Made by a program: the position numbers and the translations under genes. From assembly GCA_046754465.1 (NCBI GenBank), contig JBHHVU010000007.1, forward strand, positions 32,951 through 96,950: a stretch of 64,000 bases of DNA, in the 5' to 3' direction. Below are positions 38,791 to 49,872 of the stretch, piece after piece (the stretch's first letter is position 1; each line of letters begins with the position of its first letter). The notes beneath the pieces were generated by a model. That model was not told the origin of the DNA and did not search any database. It saw nothing but the letters and a program-made list of their open reading frames with translations. Source of the DNA: Nitrospinaceae bacterium (lineage in GTDB: Bacteria; Nitrospinota; Nitrospinia; Nitrospinales; VA-1).

Positions 38791-40455
38791 ATGAAGGACG
38801 TCATCAAGCATCTGGTCGCCGAAGCCCTGAATAAGGCCCGGGAGAGTGGGGAACTGGGGAGCACCCAGGTTCCTGATATCATCATCGAGAAACCCAAGGA
38901 CCAGAAACTGGGAGATTTCTCGACCAACCTGGCCATGGTGCTTGCCAAATCCGAGCGGAAGAATCCCCGGGTGATCGCGGAAGTGCTCTGCCGGTACCTC
39001 AAAAACGGATCTGGCCAGGTGGAACGGGTGGAGACCGCCGGACCGGGATTCATCAACCTGAAAATGTCCCGGACGTTTTTTCTGGAGAGGCTCAGGCAGG
39101 TGGCCGAATTGGGGAAGGATTTTGGCGGCTCCCCGGTGGGGAAGAATGAAAAGGTTTTGTTGGAATACGTGAGCGCCAATCCCACGGGTCCGCTGCACGT
39201 CGGCCATGGACGCGGAGCCGCGGTGGGCCATACCCTGGCCAACCTTCTTAAGAAAGCCGGTTTCGATGTGAAAACGGAATATTACGTCAACGACGTCGGA
39301 AACCAGATGAATATCCTGGGCAGGTCCACCTGGCTGAGGTACCGGGAGATCCTCGGCCAAAAGATCGAGTTTCCAGAGGATCATTACAAAGGCGGCTACA
39401 TCCGGGAGATTGCCCGGGAAATCATCGATCAGCGCAAGGAGGAATTCCTGGACCGAAGCGAGGAAGAAGTCCTGCCTTTTTTCAGGGAGTATGCCGCCGA
39501 ATGGGTATTGAACGGAATCCGCAAGGACCTCAAGGAATTCCGGGTGGAGTTCGACGGGTGGTTCAGCGAACGGAGCCTTTATGAGGACCGGTCGGTGGAC
39601 GAGGCCCTCGACTGGCTGCGTGACAAGGGATTTATTTATGAAAAAGAGGGCGCGGTCTGGTTGAAATCCTCGGCGTTCAAGGATGAAAAGGACCGGGTCA
39701 TCGTCAAACAAAACGGAGAGCGGACCTATTTTTGTTCCGATATCGCTTACCACCGGAACAAGGTCCAACGCGGATTCCAAAGGCTGATCGATCTTTTCGG
39801 CGCCGATCATCACGGTTATGTTCCCAGGATGCAGGCCGTCATGGAGGCTCTGGGGTTCCATCACAACGTATTCAAGGCGCTCCTCGTGCAATTTGTTTCG
39901 TTGAAACGCGGAGGGGAAAAGGTGGCCATGTCCACCCGTTCGGGGGAATTCGTCACCCTCGCGGAAGTGGTTTCGGAGGTGGGGGCCGATGCGGCGCGTT
40001 ATTTTTTCCTGATGAGAAGTGCCGACAGCCACCTGGATTTCGACCTGGAACTGGCCAAAAAAGAAACCCCCGAGAATCCCGTATTTTATATCCAGTACGC
40101 GCATGCTCGGATCTGCAATATTTTTGTCACCGCGGAAAGGGAGGGAGTGTCCCTGCCTGCCTGGTCCGAAATCGATCTTTCCCCCCTGGTGGAAGAGGAG
40201 GAGTTAACCCTGATCCAGAAAATCCTCGCCTTTCCCGAGGTGGTGGAAAAAAGCGCCCTGGCCCTGGAGGTGCATCGCATTTCCCATTACCTTCACGATC
40301 TGGTCGGCGTGTTTCACGCTTATTATAACCGGCACCGCGTAGTCACCGAAAACCGGCCCAGAACCCTTGCGCGGTTGTTTCTCCTCAAATGTTTGCGGGT
40401 CACCATTCGGAACGCGCTTTCGATCATGGGAATTTCCGCTCCGGAGAGGATGTGA
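38791..40455 (+). CDS. argS: Arginine--tRNA ligase
   Basis: 'EYVSANPTGPLHVGHGR', 'GADHHGY', 'MSTRSG', 'YIQYAHAR' and C-terminal 'APERM'. Confidence 0.98.
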   Translation: MKDVIKHLVAEALNKARESGELGSTQVPDIIIEKPKDQKLGDFSTNLAMVLAKSERKNPRVIAEVLCRYLKNGSGQVERVETAGPGFINLKMSRTFFLERLRQVAELGKDFGGSPVGKNEKVLLEYVSANPTGPLHVGHGRGAAVGHTLANLLKKAGFDVKTEYYVNDVGNQMNILGRSTWLRYREILGQKIEFPEDHYKGGYIREIAREIIDQRKEEFLDRSEEEVLPFFREYAAEWVLNGIRKDLKEFRVEFDGWFSERSLYEDRSVDEALDWLRDKGFIYEKEGAVWLKSSAFKDEKDRVIVKQNGERTYFCSDIAYHRNKVQRGFQRLIDLFGADHHGYVPRMQAVMEALGFHHNVFKALLVQFVSLKRGGEKVAMSTRSGEFVTLAEVVSEVGADAARYFFLMRSADSHLDFDLELAKKETPENPVFYIQYAHARICNIFVTAEREGVSLPAWSEIDLSPLVEEEELTLIQKILAFPEVVEKSALALEVHRISHYLHDLVGVFHAYYNRHRVVTENRPRTLARLFLLKCLRVTIRNALSIMGISAPERM

Positions 40456-40551
40456 GCCCGGTGTTGACGGCGCGGGCAATGCCCGCGAAAGGCAGTCGAA
40501 GGGTTTTAATCTAAATTGGAATAATTCCATGAAAACCGAGACGGCTCTCCA

Positions 40552-41334
40552 ATGACCTTTTCCCGAAAAATCTTTTTTTTCCTTATAGTGGGCCTTGCGG
40601 GGGCCGGGGCATACCGGGGTGGAGACCGGGCGATGGAGTTTATTCAATCGAAAATGGAAAATTCTCCCCGGATCGCGAAAAAAATAGCGCCGGTCAAACC
40701 CAGGATTTTTTGGAAAAATAATAAGGCGGACCGGGAAAGGAAGGACCAGAAGCATTTCACTTTTTTTGAGGTCCTGAACGATTCGTCCATGAACAAATTC
40801 GTCGGACTGAACGGGGAAGTGATCGTTAACAAGGAGGTTTCCGGGGAGGCGTCAGCATCTGCAACGGCGCCGCCGAAAAAGCCCGGCGAGCCCCGGCAAT
40901 TCGTCCAGGCCGGGAAAACCCGGGAAGCACGGAAGGTATCTCTCTCCTCTCATCCCGAGCCTGTTCCTGACCGGGTGCGACCCCATCAACAGTTCGCCGT
41001 GCAGGTCAGTTCTTTCAGGAATCTGGTGCGGGCGGAAGCCTTGGGGAGACGGTTGGCCTACAAAGGGTATCCCACTTTTGTGATGAAAACGGAATTGGGG
41101 GAGTACAGGGGGATATGGTACCGGGTTTATATCGGGGAATACCCGGATCATGAAAGCGCGAGGGAAGCCGCCCTCAGGATTCGTAAGGACGAAAAGCTCA
41201 CGACCATGGTGGTCCGGCGGAACCCCGAGCCGGGAAAGTCGAATCCCGAGCCGGGAAGGCTGGACCCCGGGCCGGCAAAAATGACGGAGCAAATGGCGAG
41301 CCTTGAAAATCCGCCCGAAGGTTGGGAGCCCTAA
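40552..41334 (+). CDS. SPOR-domain cell-envelope protein (FtsN-like)
   Basis: N-terminal TM, 'FTFFEVL', 'FAVQVSSFR...WYRVYIG'; follows argS. Confidence 0.8.
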   Translation: MTFSRKIFFFLIVGLAGAGAYRGGDRAMEFIQSKMENSPRIAKKIAPVKPRIFWKNNKADRERKDQKHFTFFEVLNDSSMNKFVGLNGEVIVNKEVSGEASASATAPPKKPGEPRQFVQAGKTREARKVSLSSHPEPVPDRVRPHQQFAVQVSSFRNLVRAEALGRRLAYKGYPTFVMKTELGEYRGIWYRVYIGEYPDHESAREAALRIRKDEKLTTMVVRRNPEPGKSNPEPGRLDPGPAKMTEQMASLENPPEGWEP

Positions 41335-41362
41335 AGATAGAAGAATTTCCTAAATCGTTGCC

Positions 41363-42730
41363 TCAAAACTTTTGCAGGATCTCCACGGGATCGTCCTTGC
41401 GCGGGCCTCCGTAAAATTTCTTGAAACTGTCATACCAGGGTTGAAACCGGTAACCCTGGATATCCTGCTCATAAAGTTTCCTCCCCTCATCCTTTCCATT
41501 GAATTCGAAATCCAGTTGAGTTTCCCGATCCGCTTTTACGGTAATCGTTCCTTTTTGGGAGGGGATGAAAGGATGCCAGGCGATAACGTCGTAACGGCCG
41601 GGAGGGATGTCCTTTATGGTGAACCGGCCTTCCGAATCGGTGACGGTGTAGTAGGGGTTGTCCACCATGAATGCCCGGGTCTGCAGAAAGGGATGCAAAT
41701 TGCATTTGATCAGGAACTCATCCACATCGCCGCGCACGAATACGTTTTGTATCTGGCTGGTTTTTTCGTCCACGGGCCGGTTGCTCTTCTGGTTGACGTA
41801 GGCGCCCGCTATCTCGTAGGTGGCAATTTCGTGACGGATGGGGTCTGTATTCTCAATCAGGAAATCCTCTCCGTTTTTGATTCCGATCACGTACTGGTCT
41901 GAATGACAGCGTGCGATATTGAAAGACTGCATCCTCGACGTATAGGGTTTGCCTTTGTGGACCCCCTGGATGGCAATGACCACGTCCTTCAGTCCCGAAC
42001 TTTCCGAAACCGTAAAATCCCTCACCAGGCGGTGGCCTTTCCCATCGGAAATGCGGGAGCAGAACTCGATGTTAGGGGAATGGATCAAATGAAAGGAACG
42101 GGGTTGGGGAACCGGACCGGTCAACTTCACCCTTCCCCTCAAGGTTCCCACGTGGTCGAGGGACACGATCTTGTAATCAGGGGGAATCTGGTCGAACAGT
42201 TTTTTAGCCAGTTTGTTGTTCCGTCGGTATAAAAGGTGGACCTTTTCGCGGGCTTCCCGCGGGCGGTTTTGCATGAGCCGAACCACTCCCAGGTCATAGA
42301 TCGCCTTCACGATGCGGGAATCTTTTTCCAGGGTCTTTTCGAATTCCCCGGCCGCCTCTTCCAGAAGGTTGAGCCGGGCGAAGGAAAGCCCGCGATTGTA
42401 TCTTAATAAAGCCGAATCGTAACCGAGGTTCAGCGACTCCTCAAAGGCCAGGAGGGCCTGTTTGTATTTCCCGGTCTGGCTGAAGGCCACTCCCAGATTG
42501 GCATGGGCCAGAGCGTTTTTCGGGTCCCGCGAAACCGCCTTTTGAAATGCGGTGATCGCATCCTCCCAGTTTTTGGCCCGGCTCAAACGAAGGCCTTCCT
42601 GGTAGGGGTCCTGAGGAAGCGGAGCGGCCCCGGCAAGGAAGGGCGTGGCCAACAACAGCACCGCAATCATCACCAAAATCGTGATACCCGGCCGGGGGGG
42701 GGTATGATGTGAAGAATTCCTGCAAGTCAT
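41363..42730 (-). CDS. TPR-fused cupredoxin-like/carboxypeptidase-regulatory-like protein (start uncertain)
   Basis: N-terminal TPRs; C-terminal half clearly paralogous to 26173-27024; 'RHEI...CNLHPFL'. Confidence 0.8.
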   Translation of the reverse strand: MTCRNSSHHTPPRPGITILVMIAVLLLATPFLAGAAPLPQDPYQEGLRLSRAKNWEDAITAFQKAVSRDPKNALAHANLGVAFSQTGKYKQALLAFEESLNLGYDSALLRYNRGLSFARLNLLEEAAGEFEKTLEKDSRIVKAIYDLGVVRLMQNRPREAREKVHLLYRRNNKLAKKLFDQIPPDYKIVSLDHVGTLRGRVKLTGPVPQPRSFHLIHSPNIEFCSRISDGKGHRLVRDFTVSESSGLKDVVIAIQGVHKGKPYTSRMQSFNIARCHSDQYVIGIKNGEDFLIENTDPIRHEIATYEIAGAYVNQKSNRPVDEKTSQIQNVFVRGDVDEFLIKCNLHPFLQTRAFMVDNPYYTVTDSEGRFTIKDIPPGRYDVIAWHPFIPSQKGTITVKADRETQLDFEFNGKDEGRKLYEQDIQGYRFQPWYDSFKKFYGGPRKDDPVEILQKF

Positions 42731-43092
42731 GATGAAAAAATTCCATGGGAAAGTGTTTAATTTAACAAGGGGCTCCAGGGGTGTCAACTCTGTTCAGGGG
42801 CCATTCCGGCCCTGGACATGAGAAGGGAATGAAAAAATCCTGAAGGTTTACCCCGCCGCGGATGCAGCCGGTATTCCTTTTTTGGCATCCATTCAAACTT
42901 TTGATAAGATACTCCAAGCACCGGTAATATTCCATCCGCCGGCCCGTCAGGGTGAGGATTTCATTTCCGCGAGGCACGGGAACTTGTTAACGCCAGTGCC
43001 GGATTCTTTTTTAAATGGTGAGAGTCGGACTTTTCCCTTGAGCCGATATTCGCACGGAAGGCGCCGGGCCGGCCGTCATTGTTTTCTAACCC

Positions 43093-44067
43093 ATGTCGGA
43101 AATTCAGTTTTATCCGTTCGAGGCACATTGGTTGTTTCGAGGAGGGATCATTCAAACCATCCTGGGGTCCCAGTTTCCCGGGAATATTAAATTTCATCCT
43201 CGAAAGACCCACAAAATACGTTTGGGCGCCAGTGCCTGGACTTTGGCCAGGGAGCTTGAGCCCCAAAACCCGCACCGTCCCATCGTCCTTTTGGCTCATG
43301 GCATGGGCGGGTGTTCCGAATCGGGTTATATGCTGCGCATCGCGAACAAGATTTGGAAGCGGGGGGCGGGGGTGTTCATGATGAATCACCGCGGCAGCGG
43401 ACCCGGCATGGGATTGAGCGATACGCTCTGGAACGGCGGGTCCAGTGACGACCTGCATTCCGTCGTCCAATATATCCTTAAACTTTATCCAAGGCGCTCC
43501 ATGCTGATAGTGGGATTTTCCCTGAGCGGCAATGTGTTATTGAAATACCTGGGGGAGGGAAGAAAAATCCCAAAAAATGTCCACGGGGCGTTTGCCGTCA
43601 ATCCGCCCATCGATTTGAAGGTTTCCAGCCGGATGTTGTCGGTGGAAAATGGAACCCGCATTTTCAACCGCCATTACATGAAACTGATCCGTGACCAGAC
43701 CCAGGCGATCGCCGAATGTTTTCCCGGCGCCTTTCAACCCGCTCGTGAATGTAAAACGATATGGGATTTCGATGCCGCCTATACCGCACCCGCCGCCGGG
43801 TACAAGAGCGTGGAGGAGTATTATTCCAAATGCAGCGCCAGGCAGTTCATCGAATCGATTGGGGTTCCAACCACGATGGTCTGTTCCCGTGACGACCCTT
43901 TCGTTCCCCCGGAAGTGTTTGAGGGGATCCACATGAAACTGACTGTCAATTTTTACGCTCCGGATAGGGGAGGGCATATGGGGTATATCAGCCGGCGGCC
44001 CACCCCCCTGGGAGACCATCGGTGGTTGGATTATGTCATCCTCAAATGGGTGGAAAATATCATCTGA
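43093..44067 (+). CDS. YheT-family alpha/beta hydrolase
   Basis: 'HGMGGCSES.Y', 'GFSLSGN', 'DDPFVP' and 'GGHMG'. Confidence 0.9.
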   Translation: MSEIQFYPFEAHWLFRGGIIQTILGSQFPGNIKFHPRKTHKIRLGASAWTLARELEPQNPHRPIVLLAHGMGGCSESGYMLRIANKIWKRGAGVFMMNHRGSGPGMGLSDTLWNGGSSDDLHSVVQYILKLYPRRSMLIVGFSLSGNVLLKYLGEGRKIPKNVHGAFAVNPPIDLKVSSRMLSVENGTRIFNRHYMKLIRDQTQAIAECFPGAFQPARECKTIWDFDAAYTAPAAGYKSVEEYYSKCSARQFIESIGVPTTMVCSRDDPFVPPEVFEGIHMKLTVNFYAPDRGGHMGYISRRPTPLGDHRWLDYVILKWVENII

Positions 44068-44285
44068 ATTTTCCCCCCCGTTTTCTTTCCCAAGAAATTT
44101 CCGTGGATTTCCGGAAAATCCCCCTTGAATTGGCGCTGGAACTCCTGCTAGGAATCCTCCTAACTTATTGAAAATATTTGCATAGGGCGATTGATTGTGC
44201 GACCCTGATAACATCCGGTAATAAACTCCAGAATCCTTCTCATTCCGCAGGAGGACCCCTAACGTAACCCCCTGCTGGAGGGAAT

Positions 44286-45974
44286 ATGAAATCCAATCCC
44301 ATCCTTATTCTGTTTCGAATGCGCTGGAATACCTGGAGGAACCTCTTTATCCGGCCCACGCGGGACAAAGTGATTCGTTGGACGCTGCTTGGGGGCATGG
44401 GCGCCCTGTTCGTTTACGGGGATTACCGCTTTTTCCTCCGAATCATCAAGTACCTGGACGGGATGCCCCTGCAGATCGGCGATGAATTGATCGGGCAGCT
44501 TTTGAACGTTATTTTTCTCACACTGTTCGTGATGGTGTTGTTTTCCAGCCTCATCGTCACGCTGTCGGTGTTTTATCTATCGAAGGACCTGGGTCTAATC
44601 CATTCCCTGCCGGTGCGGGAGAGTACCGTTGTTTTCACGCGTTTTATCCAGACAGTGATCCACAGTTCCTGGATGGTTCTTTTGTTTTCCATCCCCATTT
44701 TCACCGCTTACGGGAGTTATTTCGGGGTCCCCTGGGAGTATTACCTTTACCTGGCGCTCAATATCGTTCCGTTTATGACAATGCCATGCCTGTTGGGGAG
44801 CCTCCTGATCCTGGCGTTGATGCGGTATTTCCCCACCCGCAAAGCTCATCAGGTGCTCTCGTTCCTGGGGCTGGTTTTTCTTGCCGGGCTGGTTGCCTAC
44901 CTGCGGTTTCTTTCCCCGGAGAAGTTTTTCGGGCAGGAAGTTTCCGATGACCAGATCATCCTTTTCGTGGAGAGCTTGAAAGTTCCGGATTATAAATTTC
45001 TTCCCAGCAGCTGGATGACCCTGGGCCTGACCGGCTGGGTCCTGGGAGAAACTTCCAGGGCTTTCGATCAATCCCTTTATCTGTATTCCACCACGATAGT
45101 ATTGACGGCGGTTCTCTGGCGGGTGAGCCGCAGAATATATTTTGAAGGCTGGTGCCGGATTCAGGAAGTCCGGAGCGCTCCAACGGATTCCAATGGTTCT
45201 GTGAAGCGCAAACCCACTCTCATCGATAAGCTTCCTCTTCCGCCTGCGCAGAGGGCTCTCTTGGCCAAGGATATCAAAATATTCACCCGCGACCCCGAAC
45301 AGTGGTCGCAGATTTTCATTCTGATCGCCCTGGTGTTTGTTTACATCTTCAATATCATGAACCTGCCGTTGAACAATCCCGTCTTGAAAAACGTGGTCTC
45401 GGTTTTGAACATCGGTCTCGTGGGGTTTGTGCTTTCGGCCCTGATTTCCCGGTTCGTGTTTTCGGCCACCAGTGTCGAGGGAAAGAGAATCTGGACCATT
45501 TATACAGCCCCGGTGGATATGGAAAAATTCCTTTGGAGCAAGTTCTGGATGTTTTTCCCGCCGCTTTTGTTCATCGCTGAATTTTTGGTGATCGTTTCGA
45601 ACCATTTGCTTCAGGTCGATGCCTATGTTATGAATGTTTCTATCATCGGGGTATTTTTGATTACTGTGGCATTGGTTGGGCTGGGCCTGGGCCTGGGGGC
45701 CATGTACCCGATGTTCGAGCATGAAAATATTTCCCAGATACCGGCGGGAACCGGGGGAATTCTTTTCATGACCCTCAGTTTCAGTTATGTCGGGTTGGTG
45801 ATGATGCTGGGAGGAAGGCCCCTGTATGTCCACTTCAACGAAAAATTCCTGTTCAAGCCCATGGGGGGCATCGACGTTCCCATTTGTTACGCCCTGATCC
45901 TGCTGCTGACCCTGGCCGCCACCTTCCTGCCGCTTCACCGGGGCATTCAAACGTTGAAGCGCATGGATATTTGA
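44286..45974 (+). CDS. Putative ABC transporter permease (multi-TM)
   Basis: 'SKDLGLIHSLPV', 'KDIKIFTRDPEQWSQ'; many TM helices. Confidence 0.8.
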   Translation: MKSNPILILFRMRWNTWRNLFIRPTRDKVIRWTLLGGMGALFVYGDYRFFLRIIKYLDGMPLQIGDELIGQLLNVIFLTLFVMVLFSSLIVTLSVFYLSKDLGLIHSLPVRESTVVFTRFIQTVIHSSWMVLLFSIPIFTAYGSYFGVPWEYYLYLALNIVPFMTMPCLLGSLLILALMRYFPTRKAHQVLSFLGLVFLAGLVAYLRFLSPEKFFGQEVSDDQIILFVESLKVPDYKFLPSSWMTLGLTGWVLGETSRAFDQSLYLYSTTIVLTAVLWRVSRRIYFEGWCRIQEVRSAPTDSNGSVKRKPTLIDKLPLPPAQRALLAKDIKIFTRDPEQWSQIFILIALVFVYIFNIMNLPLNNPVLKNVVSVLNIGLVGFVLSALISRFVFSATSVEGKRIWTIYTAPVDMEKFLWSKFWMFFPPLLFIAEFLVIVSNHLLQVDAYVMNVSIIGVFLITVALVGLGLGLGAMYPMFEHENISQIPAGTGGILFMTLSFSYVGLVMMLGGRPLYVHFNEKFLFKPMGGIDVPICYALILLLTLAATFLPLHRGIQTLKRMDI

Positions 45975-46060
45975 CGGGGCTTCCCGTATCGCCCGGCCCG
46001 TTTGGAAGTTAATTTTACATTGGGCCCACTCCCGTTTTGGCGCTCTGTCCGGCCTGATTT

Positions 46061-47347
46061 ATGGAACTGTTTCCTGAATTTGAAGAATCGCCCGCCATTT
46101 CATCCGCCCCTCTGGCGGACCGGATGCGTCCCGCCGGTTGGAACGAGTTTTTGGGTCAGGAGCACCTGGTGGGCGAAGGGCGCCCCTTGCGAAAACTGAT
46201 CGAAAAAAACTCCAGCCTGTCCTTCATCTTGTGGGGTCCCCCGGGATCGGGGAAGACGACCATCGCCCGCATCGCCGCGCGCCTGACGAAGAGCGAATTT
46301 CACGAGATAAGCGCCGTCAACGCCGGGGTTGCCGACATCCGGAAGATCATTCAGCGGGCCCGGAAATTGTTGCAAGCGTCCGGTCGGCGCACCATCCTCT
46401 TCATCGATGAAATTCACCGGTTCAACAAAGCCCAGCAGGACGCTGTCCTGCCCTTTGTGGAAAACGGGACCATCCGTCTGATCGGATCGACGACGGAAAA
46501 TCCGTCTCACGAGGTGATTCCCTCCCTGCGGTCCCGTTGCCAGATATTCCGGCTCGAGTACCTCGCCCGTGAAGGGATCCACGCCATTCTGAACCGGGCG
46601 CTGGAGGATAAAAATAAAGGACTGGGGGCCGCTCCGCTGAAGATCGATGAGGAAGCCCTGGACCTCATCGTCACCCACGCCAATGGAGACGCTCGCAAAG
46701 CGTTGAACGTCCTGGAAGCGGCGTGGGATTATTCACGGGCCGGGGAGGCGGAATCCGTACCCATCAACCGCCCCCTGATCGAGGGGATCATTCAACGGAC
46801 GGCGGTCCTCTACGATAAGGGCGGCACGGAACATTACGACCACGCCTCGGCTTTCCAGAAAAGCCTGCGGGGGTCCGATCCCGATGCGGCGATTTACTGG
46901 CTCGCCAAGATGATCGCGGGCGGGGAGGACCCCCGGTTCATCGTGCGTCGTCTTTTGGTGACCGCCGCCGAGGATGTGGGAGTGGCCGATCCCCAGGCCC
47001 TGGTCCTCGCCAACGCCGCCGCCGATTGCGTGGAGCGCCTGGGGTGGCCGGAAGCACGCATCGCTCTCGCCCAGGCGGTGATTTACGTCGCCCGCGCTCC
47101 CAAGGATAACACCGCCATTTCAGCCATCGACCGGGCACTGGATGATATCCAGAACCGGGGACAATCCTACCCGGTTCCAGATCATCTGAAGGACGCGCAT
47201 TACCCGGACGCCAAAAAATACGGGTATGGAGTGGATTACAAGTATCCTCATGATTACCCCGGTCACATCGTGGAACAGGACTACCTGCCGAAAGAACTGA
47301 GCGGGAAAAAATATGTGCCCCCGCCCCGCGATAAGAATAAAAAGTGA
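46061..47347 (+). CDS. rarA: Replication-associated recombination protein A (MgsA)
   Basis: 'PLADRMRP', GPPGSGKT, '[12 protein letters not shown]' and '[15 protein letters not shown]'. Confidence 0.97.
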   Translation: MELFPEFEESPAISSAPLADRMRPAGWNEFLGQEHLVGEGRPLRKLIEKNSSLSFILWGPPGSGKTTIARIAARLTKSEFHEISAVNAGVADIRKIIQRARKLLQASGRRTILFIDEIHRFNKAQQDAVLPFVENGTIRLIGSTTENPSHEVIPSLRSRCQIFRLEYLAREGIHAILNRALEDKNKGLGAAPLKIDEEALDLIVTHANGDARKALNVLEAAWDYSRAGEAESVPINRPLIEGIIQRTAVLYDKGGTEHYDHASAFQKSLRGSDPDAAIYWLAKMIAGGEDPRFIVRRLLVTAAEDVGVADPQALVLANAAADCVERLGWPEARIALAQAVIYVARAPKDNTAISAIDRALDDIQNRGQSYPVPDHLKDAHYPDAKKYGYGVDYKYPHDYPGHIVEQDYLPKELSGKKYVPPPRDKNKK

Positions 47348-47460
47348 AATGGCTTGAATTTTCTCCCCGGGATTGTTTAATGTTCTGGTTGAATTGCATG
47401 CCTGCATGAGATATTTTCGCCGGGGAAATGAAGTTGCCTGAAAATTTACGGAAAAATGGA

Positions 47461-47916
47461 ATGAATAAAAGCACCAGATTCGAGGATTTCGATCAACTAG
47501 TCCAGGGCCGCATGCGGGGAAACCAGTTGATGCTCAGCGGAATGGATCTCGAAGCGGCGGAGGCGAAATTGTTGTGGGACTCACCCCAAATGGAACAGAT
47601 CACCTGGCTGGACCTGGATGATAACCGCCTGGGAAATGAAGGGGTGAAGGACCTCGCGGAATGCCGGTTTCTAGTGAATGTCCAATACCTTAACCTGAAC
47701 CAGAACGGGGTAGGGGACGAGGGCGTCCTCTTTCTCGCCCAATCCCAATGTCTGCCCCGGTTGAAACGGCTGCATTTGAAAAATAATCCGATCCAGGGTG
47801 AGGGCATCCTCGGCCTGTTCAATTCCCGGACCCTTGAAAATCTGTCGACCTTTCAGCTCCACGACGGCTGGACCTGTAAAAAAAGGGAAGGCTGGCGCTA
47901 CAAACCAAGGGATTGA
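47461..47916 (+). CDS. Small leucine-rich-repeat protein
   Basis: Three 'LxLxxNx(L/V/I)xxEG(V/I)xxL' repeats. Confidence 0.75.
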   Translation: MNKSTRFEDFDQLVQGRMRGNQLMLSGMDLEAAEAKLLWDSPQMEQITWLDLDDNRLGNEGVKDLAECRFLVNVQYLNLNQNGVGDEGVLFLAQSQCLPRLKRLHLKNNPIQGEGILGLFNSRTLENLSTFQLHDGWTCKKREGWRYKPRD

Positions 47917-47919
47917 AGC

Positions 47920-49182
47920 ATGGTTTCTCCTCCTCAACCCTGCCAGTTACATATCCATATTTCCATGGAGGACCGGCCGGGAATCCTGGCCGAGGCGCTG
48001 GAATCCATCGTCCGGTTGAAGTGGAAGGTTCTGGACATCAAGCAGTTCGTGTTTCATGGTCTCCTGAACCTTTCCCTTTTGTTGGAGGGCGATGACCCCA
48101 CCGCCATCGAACCCCTGCGGAAGGCGTTGACCGATTAAGGAACCCGCGTCGGGTTGAAAATCGGAATCTATCCCTGGGACCGGGACAACCGGCCGGAGGC
48201 CCCCTACGCCCACCGCTCGGTGGTGACCCTGCTGGGTGCCAGGATCGAGTCCAACGTGCTGCGAGAGCTGACCCAGACCCTGGCCTCCCGCGACATCAAT
48301 ATCCTCCGCATCGAACAACTGGATTACGGCGATCAGCATGTTCTCGAATTTGTCATCGGCACCCGGCAGGTGCATTCGGAAATCGATGTTCTCAACGCCA
48401 TGGTCCGCTTCAAGGAAAAATTCCAGGTCGATATCGCCGTTCAGGACGACACCCTGTTCAGGCGCAATAAGCGATTGATCGTGTTCGACGCGGATATGAC
48501 ATTTCTGCAGTGCGAAGTGATCGATGAACTGGGACGGCTGGCGGGTGCCGGGGAAAAAATGGCCGGGCTCACGAATCAGGCCATGACGGGAAACCAGGAT
48601 TTCACCACCGCCCTGGAGAAAAGAGTCGAGTTACTGCGCGGCCTCCCCGTAGAAAGGCTTGAGGAATTGTTTCACCGTATTCCCCTGACTCCCGGCGCGG
48701 AGGACCTGGTCCGTATCCTGAAGTACCTGGGATTCAAGATCGCCCTGGTGAGCGGTGGATTTCAATTTTTCATCAGCAAGCTGCGGGAGAAATACCATCT
48801 CGACTACGGGTTTGCCAATACCCTAAAAATAGTCGATGGAAGGGTGGTTGGCCGGCTGGAGGGGGAGATCATCGATGCCCGGGCCAAGGAACGCATCCTG
48901 GTTTCCCTGGCGAAACAAGAGGGCATTTCCCTGCAACAGGTCGTTGCCGTGGGGGACGGAGCCAATGATATTCTCATGCTCGCCCGTGCGGGCCTGGGGA
49001 TCGCGTTCAACGCCAAGCCCATTGTGCAACAGCACGCAAGAGCCAGTATCAATCGCTCCAATCTTGAATTAATCCTTTATTTTTTGGGCTATAATGGCAA
49101 AGACCTTAAGGAATTACGTGAGGTCGCGGTTAAAAGAGAAGGCTCCGGAATCCCCGATGGCACGGGCAAGGACGGAAAATGA
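47920..49182 (+). pseudogene. serB: Phosphoserine phosphatase (ACT-ACT-HAD) interrupted by an in-frame TAA at 48136-48138
   Basis: ORFs 47920-48138 and 48154-49182 share a frame; ACT 'EDRPGI', HAD 'FDADMTF', 'VSGGF' and 'VGDGAND'. Confidence 0.8.
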
Positions 49183-49204
49183 CCCGTTGGGAAAATAAGA
49201 CCCA

Positions 49205-49576
49205 TCAGGGAAGAATCCCCTTGGGGCGGACCGGGGAAAATCGATACCGCGCAACAAACCATCCCAGAAGAATCCCGGCGGAATTGGCGGCTATGTCGAT
49301 ATATTCGAAAGCCCGGAATCCCTCGAATCCCTGAATAATTTCGAGCGCGATCCCCAGGGAAATAAAACCGATTCCCAATAACGGGTAATAATTGGGAGGA
49401 TAGATCCTCGCAAACCAGAGCATGAGAATAAAGTAAGCGGTCAGGTGGGCGAACATATCGCTTTCCGTCGGATCAATTTCCGGCGGATTGGGAGCCAATG
49501 AGAAATAAATCAAAAGGAAAACGTACGACACCCCCAAGACAATTTTAAGCTTATGGTTCTTGATTAAAGAAATCAT
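49205..49576 (-). CDS. VanZ-family membrane protein
   Basis: 'SDMFAHLTAY', 'LEIIQ...R.FEYIDIAANSAG'. Confidence 0.85.
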   Translation of the reverse strand: MISLIKNHKLKIVLGVSYVFLLIYFSLAPNPPEIDPTESDMFAHLTAYFILMLWFARIYPPNYYPLLGIGFISLGIALEIIQGFEGFRAFEYIDIAANSAGILLGWFVARYRFSPVRPKGILP

Positions 49577-49872
49577 TTGAAAAATTTACCCGTTAAATTT
49601 TTGGGATTTCCCATATCCTGGAAAAAGCTTTGGATTGGTTTTTTCAGGTGAGATCGAATCCCGGTGCGGGTCCCCATTCTTATTCCCCGAGATATCTTCC
49701 GGTTCCCTGGCAATTGCGGCAATAAAGACGTGAACTATGAATTATAGTTTTTTTTCAACGGAATTTGTTAATATTTTAAAGAAATTTTACTGGAATTTCA
49801 ATTTTTCCCCAGTCCTTGGGATTCCCAGGATGGTCCCCGGGATGACTGCTTATCAGGAATTCCAGGTCAGGT

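Noticed and set aside
35968..40104. Long ORFs 35968-37476 (+) and 38611-40104 (-)
   Set aside because: They overlap well-supported opposite-strand genes (nitrobindin-like, LOG, argS) and have no recognisable motifs.
41221..41262. 21-bp tandem duplication (NPEPGKS/NPEPGRL)
   Set aside because: Two copies in a low-complexity tail; likely neutral slippage.
48136..48138. Selenocysteine or pyrrolysine recoding in serB
   Set aside because: The codon is TAA, not TGA or TAG, and it is not at a catalytic position.
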